Positions 47,714 to 58,371 of a stretch of 64,000 nt of DNA are shown one piece after another (positions within the stretch are counted from its first letter, which is position 1; every line of letters starts with the position of its first letter). The notes beneath the pieces are model-generated. The model was not told the origin of the DNA. It worked only from the letters and a program-made list of their open reading frames with translations, and made no database searches. The stretch lies in NCBI GenBank assembly GCA_029244985.1, contig JAQWQD010000010.1:155828-219827 (forward strand), in the 5' to 3' direction. Both the position numbers and the translations under genes were made by a program. Source of the stretch: Gammaproteobacteria bacterium (GTDB lineage: Bacteria > Pseudomonadota > Gammaproteobacteria > Pseudomonadales > Pseudohongiellaceae).

Positions 47714-48628
47714 ATGAAATATTTTAGACCAATTTGGTCAAAGTTTATTAATCATTTCCGAGCTCAATTTCCTGAGTTCTATGAGAAGCTGCCAGCACTT
47801 ATAGACCTGACTAGACTGAATCGGCCGGTTGGCATATATCTATTACTATGGCCAACAATTACTGCGCTGTGGATCGCATCAGAAGAATTTCCAAGTTTTT
47901 CTCTCTTAATAATCTTTGTGCTTGGGACAGCAGTAATGCGTTCTGCTGGCTGTTGTGTCAATGACTTTGCCGATTACAATATTGATGGAAAAGTACTAAG
48001 AACTGAGAAACGGCCTATTCCAAGAGGAGCGCTAAAGCGCCAAGACGCATTTTTATGCTTTTTTGTGTTATCCGCCATAGGTTTTTTATTAGTACTTCTA
48101 ACTAATTGGGAAACTGTGCTGCTATCATTTGGAGCAGTCGCACTTATCGCGATTTATCCATTTATGAAACGCTATTCGAATTTGCCACAACTGGTCTTGG
48201 GTTTGGCATTCTCTTGGGGCATTCTTATGGCATTTACCGCAAAAATAAACGAAATCCCACAAGCTGCTTACTTATTGTTTATTGCAAATGCCTTATGGAC
48301 GATTGCCTATGACACACAATACGCAATGGTAGATCGAGAATTTGATGTAAGAATAGGAGTTAAGTCTACTGCTATATTATTTGGTGACGCAGACCGCTTA
48401 ATTATTGGCGTGCTACAAGGTATGTTCATCATTACATTGTGGCTGGCCGCCAGGCAGTTTCAAATGGGAACCGTATTTTATGCATCATTGGGCGTGGCAT
48501 CTTTATTGCTAATTTACCAACAATATCTGATTCGTCATCGATTGCCAGGACCTTGCTTCAAGGCTTTTATCAATAATAACTGGGTTGGTGCTGTTATTTT
48601 TACCGGGACCTTTCTAAATTACTTGTGA
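47714..48628 (+). CDS. ubiA: 4-hydroxybenzoate polyprenyltransferase
   Basis: NDFADYNIDGKV.RT..RPIP.G and YDT.YAM.DR..D..IG.KSTAILFG are UbiA signatures. Confidence 0.9.
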   Translation: MKYFRPIWSKFINHFRAQFPEFYEKLPALIDLTRLNRPVGIYLLLWPTITALWIASEEFPSFSLLIIFVLGTAVMRSAGCCVNDFADYNIDGKVLRTEKRPIPRGALKRQDAFLCFFVLSAIGFLLVLLTNWETVLLSFGAVALIAIYPFMKRYSNLPQLVLGLAFSWGILMAFTAKINEIPQAAYLLFIANALWTIAYDTQYAMVDREFDVRIGVKSTAILFGDADRLIIGVLQGMFIITLWLAARQFQMGTVFYASLGVASLLLIYQQYLIRHRLPGPCFKAFINNNWVGAVIFTGTFLNYL

Positions 48629-48757
48629 ATTAACAACTGGAGTTAATTAAGAATTTCTGAGCGGTACTAGATTAATCACAAAAGGTTTCAGCGAGAGTCT
48701 TGCTTGGTTTTGAGTGACGAGTTAAGAGTCTCTCGGTAAAACCTGCTTCCTGTCAGG

Positions 48758-49951
48758 TTACCCGCCTGTAAACGCTTGAATCCCTGTTTGGGTTCGTCCA
48801 AGTATCAATGCATGGATATCTTGAGTGCCTTCATAGGTATTCACCACTTCAAGATTCTGCGAATGTCGCATAATCGGAAACTCATCTGAAATACCGTTAC
48901 CCCCCAGCATATCTCTTGACTCCCTGGCTGCGTCTAACGCTTTTAAGCAAGAATTACGTTTAAGCAGAGAAATCAACGCTGGTGCAAGTTTGCCCTCATC
49001 TTTCAGACGAGAGGCTTGCAAGCAACCCTGCAATCCAAGAGAAATATCCGTTTGCATTTGAGCCAGTTTTTTCTGGATGAGCTGATTTGCCGCAAGTGGT
49101 CGGCCAAATTGTTTGCGATCGAGCGTATATTGCAATGCAGTATGCCAACAAGTTTCTGCAGCACCAAGCGAACCCCAGGCTATGCCAAGGCGAGCCGAGT
49201 TTAGACAACTGAAAGGTCCGTTAAGGCCTTTTGCTAGGGGCAGTCTGTTGGCTTCCGGAACAAATACATCATCCATTACAATTTCACCAGTAATCGATGC
49301 CCGTAGCGCTAATTTACCTTCAATTTTCGGCGCACTTAGCCCTTCCATTCCTTTTTCGAGAATAAAACCACAAATGACACCATCGTCGCTCTTTGCCCAA
49401 ACTATGAAAACATCAGAGATCGGCGAATTACTGATCCAATTCTTTGCGCCTGAAACGCTGTAGCCTCCGGCAACGGATTTAGCGCGAGTGTTCATGCTAC
49501 CGGGATCTGAACCATGATCAGGCTCTGTGAGCCCAAAACATCCAATGAACTCACCAGATGCAAGCTTGGGTAAGTATTTTTGTTTCTGCTCATCAGTTCC
49601 AAATGTGTTAATTGGATGCATAACCAGGCTAGACTGTACCGACATCATTGAGCGGTAGCCGGAATCAATGGCTTCAATTTCTCGGGCAATTAGCCCATAA
49701 CAAACATAGTTCATGCCTGCACAACCATAGCCTTCAATCATGGGTCCGAGTAAACCCAATTCACCCATCTCCCTAAAAATTGCTGGATCTGTTTGCTCAT
49801 TGCGATAAGCTTCACGAACACGTGGTAACAACTTATTTTGAGCATACTGTTTAGCAGTATCTCTCACCATGCGCTCCTCTTCGCTCAACTGCTCTTCTAA
49901 AAGAAAAGGATCTTGCCAATTAAATGGCACATCGTCCGCTCTGACAGACAT
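48758..49951 (-). CDS. gcdH: Glutaryl-CoA dehydrogenase (acyl-CoA dehydrogenase family)
   Basis: [34 protein letters not shown] and C-terminal YEGT.DIH.LILGR..TG..AF are typical of GcdH. Confidence 0.85.
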   Translation of the reverse strand: MSVRADDVPFNWQDPFLLEEQLSEEERMVRDTAKQYAQNKLLPRVREAYRNEQTDPAIFREMGELGLLGPMIEGYGCAGMNYVCYGLIAREIEAIDSGYRSMMSVQSSLVMHPINTFGTDEQKQKYLPKLASGEFIGCFGLTEPDHGSDPGSMNTRAKSVAGGYSVSGAKNWISNSPISDVFIVWAKSDDGVICGFILEKGMEGLSAPKIEGKLALRASITGEIVMDDVFVPEANRLPLAKGLNGPFSCLNSARLGIAWGSLGAAETCWHTALQYTLDRKQFGRPLAANQLIQKKLAQMQTDISLGLQGCLQASRLKDEGKLAPALISLLKRNSCLKALDAARESRDMLGGNGISDEFPIMRHSQNLEVVNTYEGTQDIHALILGRTQTGIQAFTGG

Positions 49952-50121
49952 AAGTGTCTCCTAAATACATCCAAATTCTGGTCGTTGCTATGCACATCAC
50001 TCTTAATGCTTTGCCTGCATAAGAGGGCGCGTCATTCTAGCAAATAAACAGCCCATTCTCTAAGGGTCGAATCCAACTAAACTCAAGCACCAGATCCGTA
50101 TTTTTAATAGAATAGGCCGCC

Positions 50122-52335
50122 ATGGACGTATCACACATTCTTGACTCTCTTAACGACGAACAGCGCAATGCCGTTGCGAGCCCGGCGAAAAGTCTTCTAG
50201 TGCTGGCTGGCGCTGGAAGTGGCAAAACGAGAGTGTTAGTCCATCGCATTGCCTGGTTAATTGAGGCGGAGCATGTTTCTCCTTTTGCAGTGCTCGCGGT
50301 CACTTTTACTAACAAAGCAGCAAGGGAAATGCGAGGGAGAATCGAAGAGCTATTGGGCCACTCTTATAGCGGAATGTGGGTGGGGACGTTTCATGGCCTA
50401 GCCCATCGGCTCTTGCGTTCTCACTGGCAGGAAGCAGGCCTAATTGAAGATTTCCATATTCTTGATGCTGATGATCAATTCCGGTTAATTAAACGGATAA
50501 TCCGATCACTACGAATTGATGAAGAGAAGTGGCATGCAAAACAATGTCAGTGGTACATCAATAGCCAAAAAGACGAAGGCTTGCGGGCTATCAATATCGA
50601 GCACTTCGAGGACGATTACACGAAAACCATGCTGGAGGTATATAAAGCCTACGAGGCAGCCTGCGAACGTGGCGGAATGATCGACTTCGGCGAGATTCTC
50701 CTGCGAGCTCATGAACTTTGGCTTAAAAAGCCCCAAATCCTGGCCCATTACCAGAATCGCTTTCAATTCATTTTAGTTGATGAGTTTCAGGACACTAATT
50801 CAATTCAATACGCTTGGCTCAGGGTGCTTGCGGGAAGCAAAAACCAGCTGATGGTAGTTGGTGATGATGACCAATCTATTTATGGCTGGCGCGGCGCTAA
50901 AATAGAAAATATTCAGAAGTTCAATGTAGACTTTCCAGATACTGACACTATCCGCCTTGAACAAAATTATCGATCAACCTCGACCATTCTTAATGCCGCC
51001 AACAATCTAATTGCTAATAACCAAGGCAGGCTAGGTAAGCATTTGTGGACCGATGGCGCTGAAGGCGAGCCCATTAGTTTATACGAAGCCTTTAATGAAC
51101 AGGATGAAGCACGTTTCATTGTAGACCGCCTACAAGATTGGTTTAATCATGGCAATCGCCGTGCTGAATCTGCTGTCCTCTACCGCTCGAATGCTCAGTC
51201 CAGAGAACTGGAAGATGCATTACTGCGGGTGGGAATGCCTTATCGAATTTATGGTGGCCACCGATTCTATGAGCGTCTCGAAATTAAGAACGCACTTTCG
51301 TATTTAAGATTACTAATCAATAGAGATGATGACACGGCCGTGGAGCGCGTCATCAATGTGCCAACCAGAGGAATTGGTGGAAGGACTATCGATACTGTTC
51401 GGGCCGTCGCAAGAGAACAAGGTTGCTCCCTCTGGCAGGCGTGCGAAAAATGTATCAATGAGTCCATTTTAACATCTCGCGCCGCAAATGCCGTTCTCGC
51501 TTTTATGGAGTTAATCGATAAGATTGACGCAGAATGTGCCACTATGGAGCTTCATGAAAAAGCTGAACAGGTAATTGCTCAAAGCGGCCTTGTGCAGCAT
51601 CATGAAAAAGAGGGTGGGGAGAAAGCAAGAAGTCGCATTGAAAACTTAGAAGAATTGGTTAACGCTTGTGGAAACTTTGATGATGCAGATATCGAAGTCG
51701 AAGAAGGTGAGGGCCTGGATCTAACTTCAAAAGTATTTTTAACAGCTTTTCTTGATCAGGCGTCCCTAGACGCAGGGGACACTCAAGCGGATGAATCTGA
51801 TGACGCTGTGCAATTAATGACGTTACACTCCGCCAAAGGACTAGAATTTCAACTAGTTTTTCTTGCTGGCATGGAAGAAGGTCTTTTTCCTCACAAGATG
51901 TCTATGGAAAATTTAGCGGGTTTAGAGGAAGAACGACGCCTTTGCTATGTGGGTATTACTCGTGCAAAAAGTAAATTATATTTTAGCCACGCCGAGTCGA
52001 GACGACTCCATGGTGACGTTGCCTTATGCAGGCCTTCTCGCTTTATAAAAGAGGTGCCGAAAGAGCTTATTGAAGAGATTCGGCTAAAAACCACAATAAG
52101 TCGTTTAAGTAGTCAGCGCCCCAAAGCCGGCTTAAGTATGGGTATCAAAGCCGACATTGAAGTGCCAAACACGGATATATCATTAGGTCAGCGTGTAGCC
52201 CATGGGAAATTCGGTGAAGGGGTCATATTAAACTACGAAGGCCAAGGCTCTAATGCTAGAGTGCAAGTAAACTTCGACGCAGTAGGCAGCAAATGGTTAG
52301 TGCTGTCTTATGCCAAGCTGGAAGTCCTTGGATAA
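50122..52335 (+). CDS. uvrD: DNA helicase II
   Basis: LN..Q..AV, AGAGSGKT, VDEFQDTN, TLHSAKGLEF and the UvrD-type C-terminus GQRV.H.KFGEG.I.N.EG.G...R.QV.F...G.KWL...YAKLE. Confidence 0.9.
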   Translation: MDVSHILDSLNDEQRNAVASPAKSLLVLAGAGSGKTRVLVHRIAWLIEAEHVSPFAVLAVTFTNKAAREMRGRIEELLGHSYSGMWVGTFHGLAHRLLRSHWQEAGLIEDFHILDADDQFRLIKRIIRSLRIDEEKWHAKQCQWYINSQKDEGLRAINIEHFEDDYTKTMLEVYKAYEAACERGGMIDFGEILLRAHELWLKKPQILAHYQNRFQFILVDEFQDTNSIQYAWLRVLAGSKNQLMVVGDDDQSIYGWRGAKIENIQKFNVDFPDTDTIRLEQNYRSTSTILNAANNLIANNQGRLGKHLWTDGAEGEPISLYEAFNEQDEARFIVDRLQDWFNHGNRRAESAVLYRSNAQSRELEDALLRVGMPYRIYGGHRFYERLEIKNALSYLRLLINRDDDTAVERVINVPTRGIGGRTIDTVRAVAREQGCSLWQACEKCINESILTSRAANAVLAFMELIDKIDAECATMELHEKAEQVIAQSGLVQHHEKEGGEKARSRIENLEELVNACGNFDDADIEVEEGEGLDLTSKVFLTAFLDQASLDAGDTQADESDDAVQLMTLHSAKGLEFQLVFLAGMEEGLFPHKMSMENLAGLEEERRLCYVGITRAKSKLYFSHAESRRLHGDVALCRPSRFIKEVPKELIEEIRLKTTISRLSSQRPKAGLSMGIKADIEVPNTDISLGQRVAHGKFGEGVILNYEGQGSNARVQVNFDAVGSKWLVLSYAKLEVLG

Positions 52336-52359
52336 ATTTATTGTTTAGAAGAGCCAGAA

Positions 52360-53496
52360 ATGAACATAATAACAACTAGATTTTTTCAAAAAAATAGCCG
52401 ACATTTTATATCAGTTTGTCTAATAATAATCTTCGCGAGTTGCAGTGATCAAGAACCAGCTGGCAGCCCCGATGCCCAAGCAACAACTGAACAAACCATT
52501 TATGAGTGGAAGATGATTACTTCCTGGCCTAAAAATTTACCTGCCCTTGGTACTTCGCCTGAATATTTTGCAGACATAGTGGAAACTATGAGTAATGGGC
52601 GCATGAAAATTCGCGTTTATGGTGCCAACGAATTAGTAGGTGGTTTAGAAGTTTTTGATGCCGTATCCCAAGGTGTTGCCGAAATTGGTCATTCAGGCGC
52701 TTATTACTGGCAAGGAAAGATACCTGGCACTCCTTTCTTCTCTTCAATTCCTTTTGGTTTAACAAGTTACGAACAAGATGCTTGGCTACGGTATGGTGGG
52801 GGCAATGAGCTATGGAAAGAGCTCTATGCACCTTTCAATTTAATTCCAGCACGTGGTGGTAATTCGGGCGTACAGATGTTTGGCTGGTTCAACAAAGAAA
52901 TAAACTCGCTTGAAGACCTGCAGGGACTAAAAATGCGAATCCCTAGCCTTGGCGGCGAGGTTTTTAGGAGAGCTGGTGGTTTGCCAGTAACCATGCAGGT
53001 CAGCGAAGTCTTTACCGCACTACAAACTGGCGCGCTGGATGCAACCGAGTTTGTTAGCCCTTATAACGACCTCGCTGCAGGCTATCACACCGTAGCTGAC
53101 TACTATTACTACCCTGGGTGGCATGAGCCTGGCTCTACTCTCGAAGCAATTTTCAATAAAGAGCGATTCGAAGCGTTGCCGGAAGATCTCCAGGCTATCT
53201 TGATCACTGGAACAGAGATGATGAACCAATTGTTATTGGACGAGCTAACCGCGAAAAACAATGAGGCTCTTAGGGTTTTGGTTGAAGATCATGGGGTACA
53301 ACTCAGACGCCTGCCGGACGATGTTCTAATTGAGCTCAGGACCATTTCTGATGAAGTTGTAGAAGAAATGGCACAGGCCGACGAAGCTACCGCAAAAGTC
53401 TACGCTTCATGGAAAACCTTCAAAGAAGGCGTGATGAATTACAACAGTATTGCCGAAGAAGCATTTATCGAAGCGCGCAAGCTATCGAGCAACTGA
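52360..53496 (+). CDS. TRAP transporter substrate-binding protein (DctP-type)
   Basis: Lipobox/signal IIIFASC. W.M.TSWPK.LP.LG......A..V...S.GR..I.V....ELV is typical of the COG4663-type TRAP periplasmic component. Confidence 0.85.
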   Translation: MNIITTRFFQKNSRHFISVCLIIIFASCSDQEPAGSPDAQATTEQTIYEWKMITSWPKNLPALGTSPEYFADIVETMSNGRMKIRVYGANELVGGLEVFDAVSQGVAEIGHSGAYYWQGKIPGTPFFSSIPFGLTSYEQDAWLRYGGGNELWKELYAPFNLIPARGGNSGVQMFGWFNKEINSLEDLQGLKMRIPSLGGEVFRRAGGLPVTMQVSEVFTALQTGALDATEFVSPYNDLAAGYHTVADYYYYPGWHEPGSTLEAIFNKERFEALPEDLQAILITGTEMMNQLLLDELTAKNNEALRVLVEDHGVQLRRLPDDVLIELRTISDEVVEEMAQADEATAKVYASWKTFKEGVMNYNSIAEEAFIEARKLSSN

Positions 53497-53517
53497 ACGG
53501 CTTAAGTTCCTTTGGTA

Positions 53518-54897
53518 TTAGTTCAGAATCGAAGGTAGCCATGTCACAAGCCCTGGTTGAAATGCCAATACCAAAAGCAATAGTAACTGAATCGCAACAA
53601 AAGGAAGCACACCTTTATAAATTTCACTGGTCGCCACAGATTCTGGCGCAACGCTTCGTAAATAAAACAGTGAAAAGCCAAAAGGCGGGGTAAGAAATGA
53701 AGTTTGCAGATTAATTGCAATCATTATCCCGAGCCAAATCGGATCCAGTCCCATGGTTAAAAGCACGGGGCCTACCAAGGGCACGACCATAAATGTAATT
53801 TCAATAAAATCTAAAATAAAGCCCAATAAGAAAATAAGTAACATTACAATAACTGTTGCGGTCACAACTCCTCCAGGCAGGCCAAACAACAGGCTTTCAA
53901 TCAATTCTTCGCCACCAAAACCACGGAATACTGATGAGAAAATAGTTGCCCCAACAAGGATTAGGTAAACCATAGAGGTAATGCGCGTGGTCTCAAGTGC
54001 AACTTCATGAACAATATTAAGTCTCAGTTTCCCTCTACTCAGAGCCAATAGCATTGCCCCTAATGCGCCAACACTGGCTGCTTCTGTTGGGGTCGCCATT
54101 CCTAACAGAATAGATCCGAGCACGGCAACCATTAAAAGCACTGGTGGTAATAGCCCTTTAAACAATGCCTTCAGCAATTCGAAGGCTGAAATGTCTGCGG
54201 CAACTTCTTTAACAGATGGCGCGTCATCTGGTCTTACTATGGCGACTACAAATACATAAAAACCATAAGAAATTACTAGTAATAACCCTGGAATTATTGC
54301 CCCTGCAAACAAATCTCCAATGGAAACGAAATCTGGTGCAAAAACACCAGCATTTAATTGCGATTGCTGATAAGCGTTGGAGATTACTTCGCCCAGCAGC
54401 ACTAGGCAGATTGAAGGCGGTATAATTTGACCCAAAGTTCCGGTGGCACATAGAGTCCCGCAAGCCAGAGAAGGGCGATAACCCGCTTTGAGCATGGAGG
54501 GTAAAGAGAGAATCCCCATTGTCACGACGGTCGCACCAACAATACCGGTGCTGGCTGCCAGCAACATGCCTACAAGAATAACTGCAATTCCTAGGCCCCC
54601 TGGAAGCCTGCCGAAAACCAATTCCATGTTCTTAAGTAAATCTTCTGCGATACGTGATTTTTCTAACATCGAACCCATAAACACAAATAGGGGTACTGCA
54701 AATAGGTTTGGGTTTACCAATATTCCAAATACCCGATTCGGTATTAGCGAGATAAACGCTGAATCGAATACACCTGCAAATGCACCGATGGCACCAAATA
54801 GCAGTGACACACCTGACAAAGTTAGCGCGACTGGATAGCCAACCATAAGAAACGCACAGATTATGGCGAAGAGAAGAAGTGGCAACAGTTCTAACAC
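53518..54897 (-). CDS. TRAP transporter large permease (DctM-type)
   Basis: 459-aa polytopic protein. FGRLPGGLGIAVI, ATGIVGATVV.MG and PP.G..LFYL are DctM-family motifs. Confidence 0.9.
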   Translation of the reverse strand: MLELLPLLLFAIICAFLMVGYPVALTLSGVSLLFGAIGAFAGVFDSAFISLIPNRVFGILVNPNLFAVPLFVFMGSMLEKSRIAEDLLKNMELVFGRLPGGLGIAVILVGMLLAASTGIVGATVVTMGILSLPSMLKAGYRPSLACGTLCATGTLGQIIPPSICLVLLGEVISNAYQQSQLNAGVFAPDFVSIGDLFAGAIIPGLLLVISYGFYVFVVAIVRPDDAPSVKEVAADISAFELLKALFKGLLPPVLLMVAVLGSILLGMATPTEAASVGALGAMLLALSRGKLRLNIVHEVALETTRITSMVYLILVGATIFSSVFRGFGGEELIESLLFGLPGGVVTATVIVMLLIFLLGFILDFIEITFMVVPLVGPVLLTMGLDPIWLGIMIAINLQTSFLTPPFGFSLFYLRSVAPESVATSEIYKGVLPFVAIQLLLLLVLAFQPGLVTWLPSILN

Positions 54898-54899
54898 AG

Positions 54900-55400
54900 C
54901 TAACCTTTTTTGAATTTTTTAAACGATTTTAAAAATTCGGCGATACCTTGAATTGCTATCAAAATTGGTATGGCAAGAATGGTTGATTTTAAAAGATATA
55001 CAAAGGGTAAACCGCTGGACTCAGCTGAGCCTTCTCGGATACGCCAAGAGACACCAACATAGTCATGGCTGGACCAGATAATAAAGCCAGATGTAAGCAT
55101 TAAGAAGACAATACACCCAAACATATCCACCATTGCTTGGCCTTTGTTACTGAGTCGATTGTAAAAAACATCTACCCGAACATGGCCTTGTTCTTTCAAC
55201 GTGTAGGCCACACCAACAGTAAAAATAATCGCATTGATATACATAACTGATTCTTGCAGGGCGATCGAGCCAATCTGAAACGCATAACGCAGCAATACAA
55301 TGACTACCATTACTATTACCATTACAAGAGCCATCCAAGACCCCAGCCGCCCCAGCCTTTCGGTCCAGTAATCAATAATTTTAATAATACGATCTAGCAT
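54900..55400 (-). CDS. TRAP transporter small permease (DctQ-type)
   Basis: 166 aa with 4 TM helices and a HVRVDVFY motif. It ends 2 nt upstream of the DctM start. Confidence 0.85.
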   Translation of the reverse strand: MLDRIIKIIDYWTERLGRLGSWMALVMVIVMVVIVLLRYAFQIGSIALQESVMYINAIIFTVGVAYTLKEQGHVRVDVFYNRLSNKGQAMVDMFGCIVFLMLTSGFIIWSSHDYVGVSWRIREGSAESSGLPFVYLLKSTILAIPILIAIQGIAEFLKSFKKFKKG

Positions 55401-55407
55401 TTCTTGA

Positions 55408-55827
55408 TTATCCCATAGCCCAGGCCCGCAGGAGCTGATAAGTCAACATTAGAAGCGCACTGCTTAGTGCTACGAATGCAGCACCAGCGAGCCAATAAGC
55501 GCCGCGCCGAAATGAGTTAGAGAGTCTCTTACGCCAAGGTGAAGCCTTATCAACTTTATCTGGTATTCGTTGAAACAGGCTCAACAAACTAAACAAAGCC
55601 AGGGACCAGCAGAGCAATAATAAACTGGGGATTAGCCAAACATTGCCGTCAATCCAAGGGTTGTGAAACAAGCTTATGACAAAAACGCCGAAGCTAGTAA
55701 TCCCCAGAAAAGTAATCAGCACCCGAAATCGATGCAAAATAGTAGCAATTCGCTGGAGGCGCTCTATCATAACGTTTCTCAAATTAGCCGGTTCTTTCGA
55801 GTCTAGCCCAAGCTTAACCTTTACCAA
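55408..55827 (-). CDS. Hypothetical membrane protein (3 TM helices)
   Basis: Hydrophobic segments LITFLGITSFGVFVISLF, LIPSLLLLCWSLALFSLLSLF and YWLAGAAFVALSSALLML. It is directly upstream of dctQ. The start is uncertain (M20 at 55770 is possible). Confidence 0.5.
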   Translation of the reverse strand: MVKVKLGLDSKEPANLRNVMIERLQRIATILHRFRVLITFLGITSFGVFVISLFHNPWIDGNVWLIPSLLLLCWSLALFSLLSLFQRIPDKVDKASPWRKRLSNSFRRGAYWLAGAAFVALSSALLMLTYQLLRAWAMG

Positions 55828-55847
55828 GGCTCATAGACTAATCAGGT

Positions 55848-56351
55848 TTGTCGTTGCAAAATTCGCAAAAAACAGAATTGCCCTTTTTAGCTGGTCTCGG
55901 CAGTTCTGGCGAGCCAGTCTTCGAAAGCCTGGAGGTCGAAATTCTGCTGGATAACCCAGACCTCGTTCGATTGATGAAGTCCCCCCTACTAACGCGTAGC
56001 CTAGCTGCTGGAGATACCTTGAAGGTCTTAAACCCCGAGACCGCTGAGTACGAAATCATATCGCGGAGCGGAAATTTATGTATTAGGGTATTTGACGCAA
56101 CAGAAAAACTGGAAATGGAACAAAACCTGACTTCAAATTTGGAAAAACTCGGTGGAAGTCTAGATTTACAAACCGAAAGAGCGTTAGTTTACAGTATTCA
56201 TGTTTCAATTGGATTTCAAACTATTGAAAAGCTCTTTAATGATGCCTGTGGCGATAATCCTGACACTGTTTGGTACTATGGCAATGTCTATGACCCTGAA
56301 GACGGTATTACACCCTTGGAATGGTGGCTAGATTTTGATCCACAAAAATAA
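55848..56351 (+). CDS. Hypothetical soluble protein (possibly DUF4265-like)
   Basis: Long ORF with coding-like composition. The pattern LDNPDLV....LAAGDTLKV...........SGNLCIRVF weakly recalls DUF4265. The TTG start is uncertain; the first ATG is 42 codons in. Confidence 0.45.
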   Translation: MSLQNSQKTELPFLAGLGSSGEPVFESLEVEILLDNPDLVRLMKSPLLTRSLAAGDTLKVLNPETAEYEIISRSGNLCIRVFDATEKLEMEQNLTSNLEKLGGSLDLQTERALVYSIHVSIGFQTIEKLFNDACGDNPDTVWYYGNVYDPEDGITPLEWWLDFDPQK

Positions 56352-56389
56352 TTTTTTATAATAATTGATTATCAGAGAAGTATCCCTGC

Positions 56390-57172
56390 ATGTTAACCAT
56401 TGTTTCCCCTGCTAAATCTTTGGATTATTCAAGTCCAGTTAAAACCAAAAAACATACTGAGCCAACTTTTTTAAATGAGGCTGAGCAGCTTATTGGTAAG
56501 TTACGAACCCTCAAGCCGGCAGACTTGTCTTCGCTAATGAATATTAGTGATGCCTTGGCACAAGAAAATTTTCACCGTTATGAGAGTTGGGAGCGACCTT
56601 TTAATTTAAAAAATGCTAGGCAAGCTATCTACGCTTTCAAAGGTGATGTATACCTTGGGCTTAAAGCAGAAGAGTTCGGTGCGGCTGACTTAAATTTTGC
56701 CCAAAAGCATCTGCGCATTCTATCTGGGCTTTATGGGTTGCTACGCCCCCTGGATCTGATGCAAGCCTATCGCTTGGAAATGGGGCGGCAGTTTGGTGTA
56801 AACGGCTCTAAAAACCTTTATGAATTTTGGGGATCAAAGATCACCAAAGCCCTTGATATTGAGCTTGATAATCAAGCCTATAAACGGAAAGTGTTGATCA
56901 ACCTCGCCAGTAATGAGTACTTTAGCTCAGTGAAATCCCAAACTCTCGATGCGGAAATAATTACTCCGCAATTTAGAGACTGGGCTAGAGGTGAATTTCG
57001 TGTTCTAAGTTTCTTTGCAAAAAAAGCAAGAGGTGAAATGGCTGCTTTCATCATAAAAGAGAGAATTAATTCACCGTGCAAGCTTAAAGAATTCAATATT
57101 GATGGCTATAGGTTCAGCAAGGAAGAATCGAGTGACACGAAGTTAGTCTTTAAGCGCAAACGAGCGGCGTAG
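56390..57172 (+). CDS. yaaA: Peroxide stress protein YaaA (UPF0246/DUF328)
   Basis: MLTIVSPAKSLD, A.YAFKGDVY.GL, LRILSGLYG.LRPLD.....RLEM and FFAKKARG.M are YaaA signatures. Confidence 0.9.
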   Translation: MLTIVSPAKSLDYSSPVKTKKHTEPTFLNEAEQLIGKLRTLKPADLSSLMNISDALAQENFHRYESWERPFNLKNARQAIYAFKGDVYLGLKAEEFGAADLNFAQKHLRILSGLYGLLRPLDLMQAYRLEMGRQFGVNGSKNLYEFWGSKITKALDIELDNQAYKRKVLINLASNEYFSSVKSQTLDAEIITPQFRDWARGEFRVLSFFAKKARGEMAAFIIKERINSPCKLKEFNIDGYRFSKEESSDTKLVFKRKRAA

Positions 57173-57179
57173 TTGATTC

Positions 57180-57785
57180 GTGCAATTAAGTAGTGCGCTC
57201 CCATTCAGCCAGGCCAGTGAAAACAATAAGCTTCCAATTCTTGAAATCCTGCGGCCCCATTTGACCGAAGTTCAGTCAGTGCTAGAAATCGGCAGCGGAA
57301 CAGGACAACATGGGGAGTTTTTTGTAGATCAGTTCCCAGCGCTTCATTGGAACTGTTCCGACATTCCCTCCAATATAAGCCTTACTAATCAGAGGGTTAC
57401 AGCTCGAGGCTTAGCAAACTTTCCTGAAGCTATTGCTCTCGATGTGAATGAGCCAATCTGGAATTGTGGTGTGCATGATTGCGTGTTTAGTGCAAACAGT
57501 TTGCACATTATGTCAGCAAATTCTGTGACTAGCTTCTTTCAAGGCCTCTATCAGTGTTTGACTAAAAATGGCTTGTTGTTCCTTTATGGGCCATTTAAGT
57601 ATGGTGGCGAATTCACTACAGAAAGTAATGCTCATTTCGATGATTGGTTGAAGCAGAAAGACCCACTCAGTGGAATTCGAGATTTCGAAACTATTATGAA
57701 ATTAGCTACGGATGCCGGATTACTGTTTGTAGAAGATAATCCCATGCCAGCAAACAACCAGCTTCTATTATTCAAGTTGCTTTAA
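57180..57785 (+). CDS. DUF938-family SAM-dependent methyltransferase
   Basis: S..A..N..PIL..L, VLEIGSGTGQH..FF...FP.L.W..SD and YGPF..GG.FT..SN..FD..L match the DUF938 pattern. GTG start. Confidence 0.8.
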   Translation: MQLSSALPFSQASENNKLPILEILRPHLTEVQSVLEIGSGTGQHGEFFVDQFPALHWNCSDIPSNISLTNQRVTARGLANFPEAIALDVNEPIWNCGVHDCVFSANSLHIMSANSVTSFFQGLYQCLTKNGLLFLYGPFKYGGEFTTESNAHFDDWLKQKDPLSGIRDFETIMKLATDAGLLFVEDNPMPANNQLLLFKLL

Positions 57786-58330
57786 GCGGGCGGCTCTACG
57801 AGCAAAATATGCATATTCTCAAACGTAGGCCTCTCCCATTCTGGGTATTTCGCTCCCAACGTCTCATATACCGGCTTTCTGATTGATTCATCTGCTACGT
57901 AGCTGACAGTTTGGTCAAAAAGTTGATCGCCTATCTTCAGCCTTACCCTAGGGTCTCGAACTATATTGCGGTTCCAGGATCGCATCTCAGGGTAGGTGCC
58001 TCCCGTGTAATAGGCCGACAGCAAGTACAGTTCGCCATTATAGCTCGCACAATAAACAGTCACCGAATGGGGCATCAGGTAAGGGGTTTTGGTTTGAAGA
58101 TGAATCTCCCCATAATCATCTGTGAAAGACCAGTCATTTACAGGCTCCGTGGCTAACTCACCAGTTAACCAAAGTCCTGGTCGTTGATCTTTAGGTTCGA
58201 GCCCAAAAAAGCGCAAGACGCTAAAGCTAACGACGACCATGACAACAATACTAACGACTGAATATTTAATGAGCCTGTTCATTGTAGGGTCTCCTTTGTG
58301 GCTGATCATATGGCTTCGCGCTAACTTCAA
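57782..58330 (-). CDS. Hypothetical membrane-anchored protein
   Basis: N-terminal TM helix YSVVSIVVMVVVSFSVL (likely start at M17, nt 58282), followed by a beta-rich domain. No secure family assignment. Confidence 0.5.
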   Translation of the reverse strand: MKLARSHMISHKGDPTMNRLIKYSVVSIVVMVVVSFSVLRFFGLEPKDQRPGLWLTGELATEPVNDWSFTDDYGEIHLQTKTPYLMPHSVTVYCASYNGELYLLSAYYTGGTYPEMRSWNRNIVRDPRVRLKIGDQLFDQTVSYVADESIRKPVYETLGAKYPEWERPTFENMHILLVEPPA

Positions 58331-58371
58331 ATCTGAAAGTGCCTTTTCTTATTCCAAGCGCCCATATTCGA

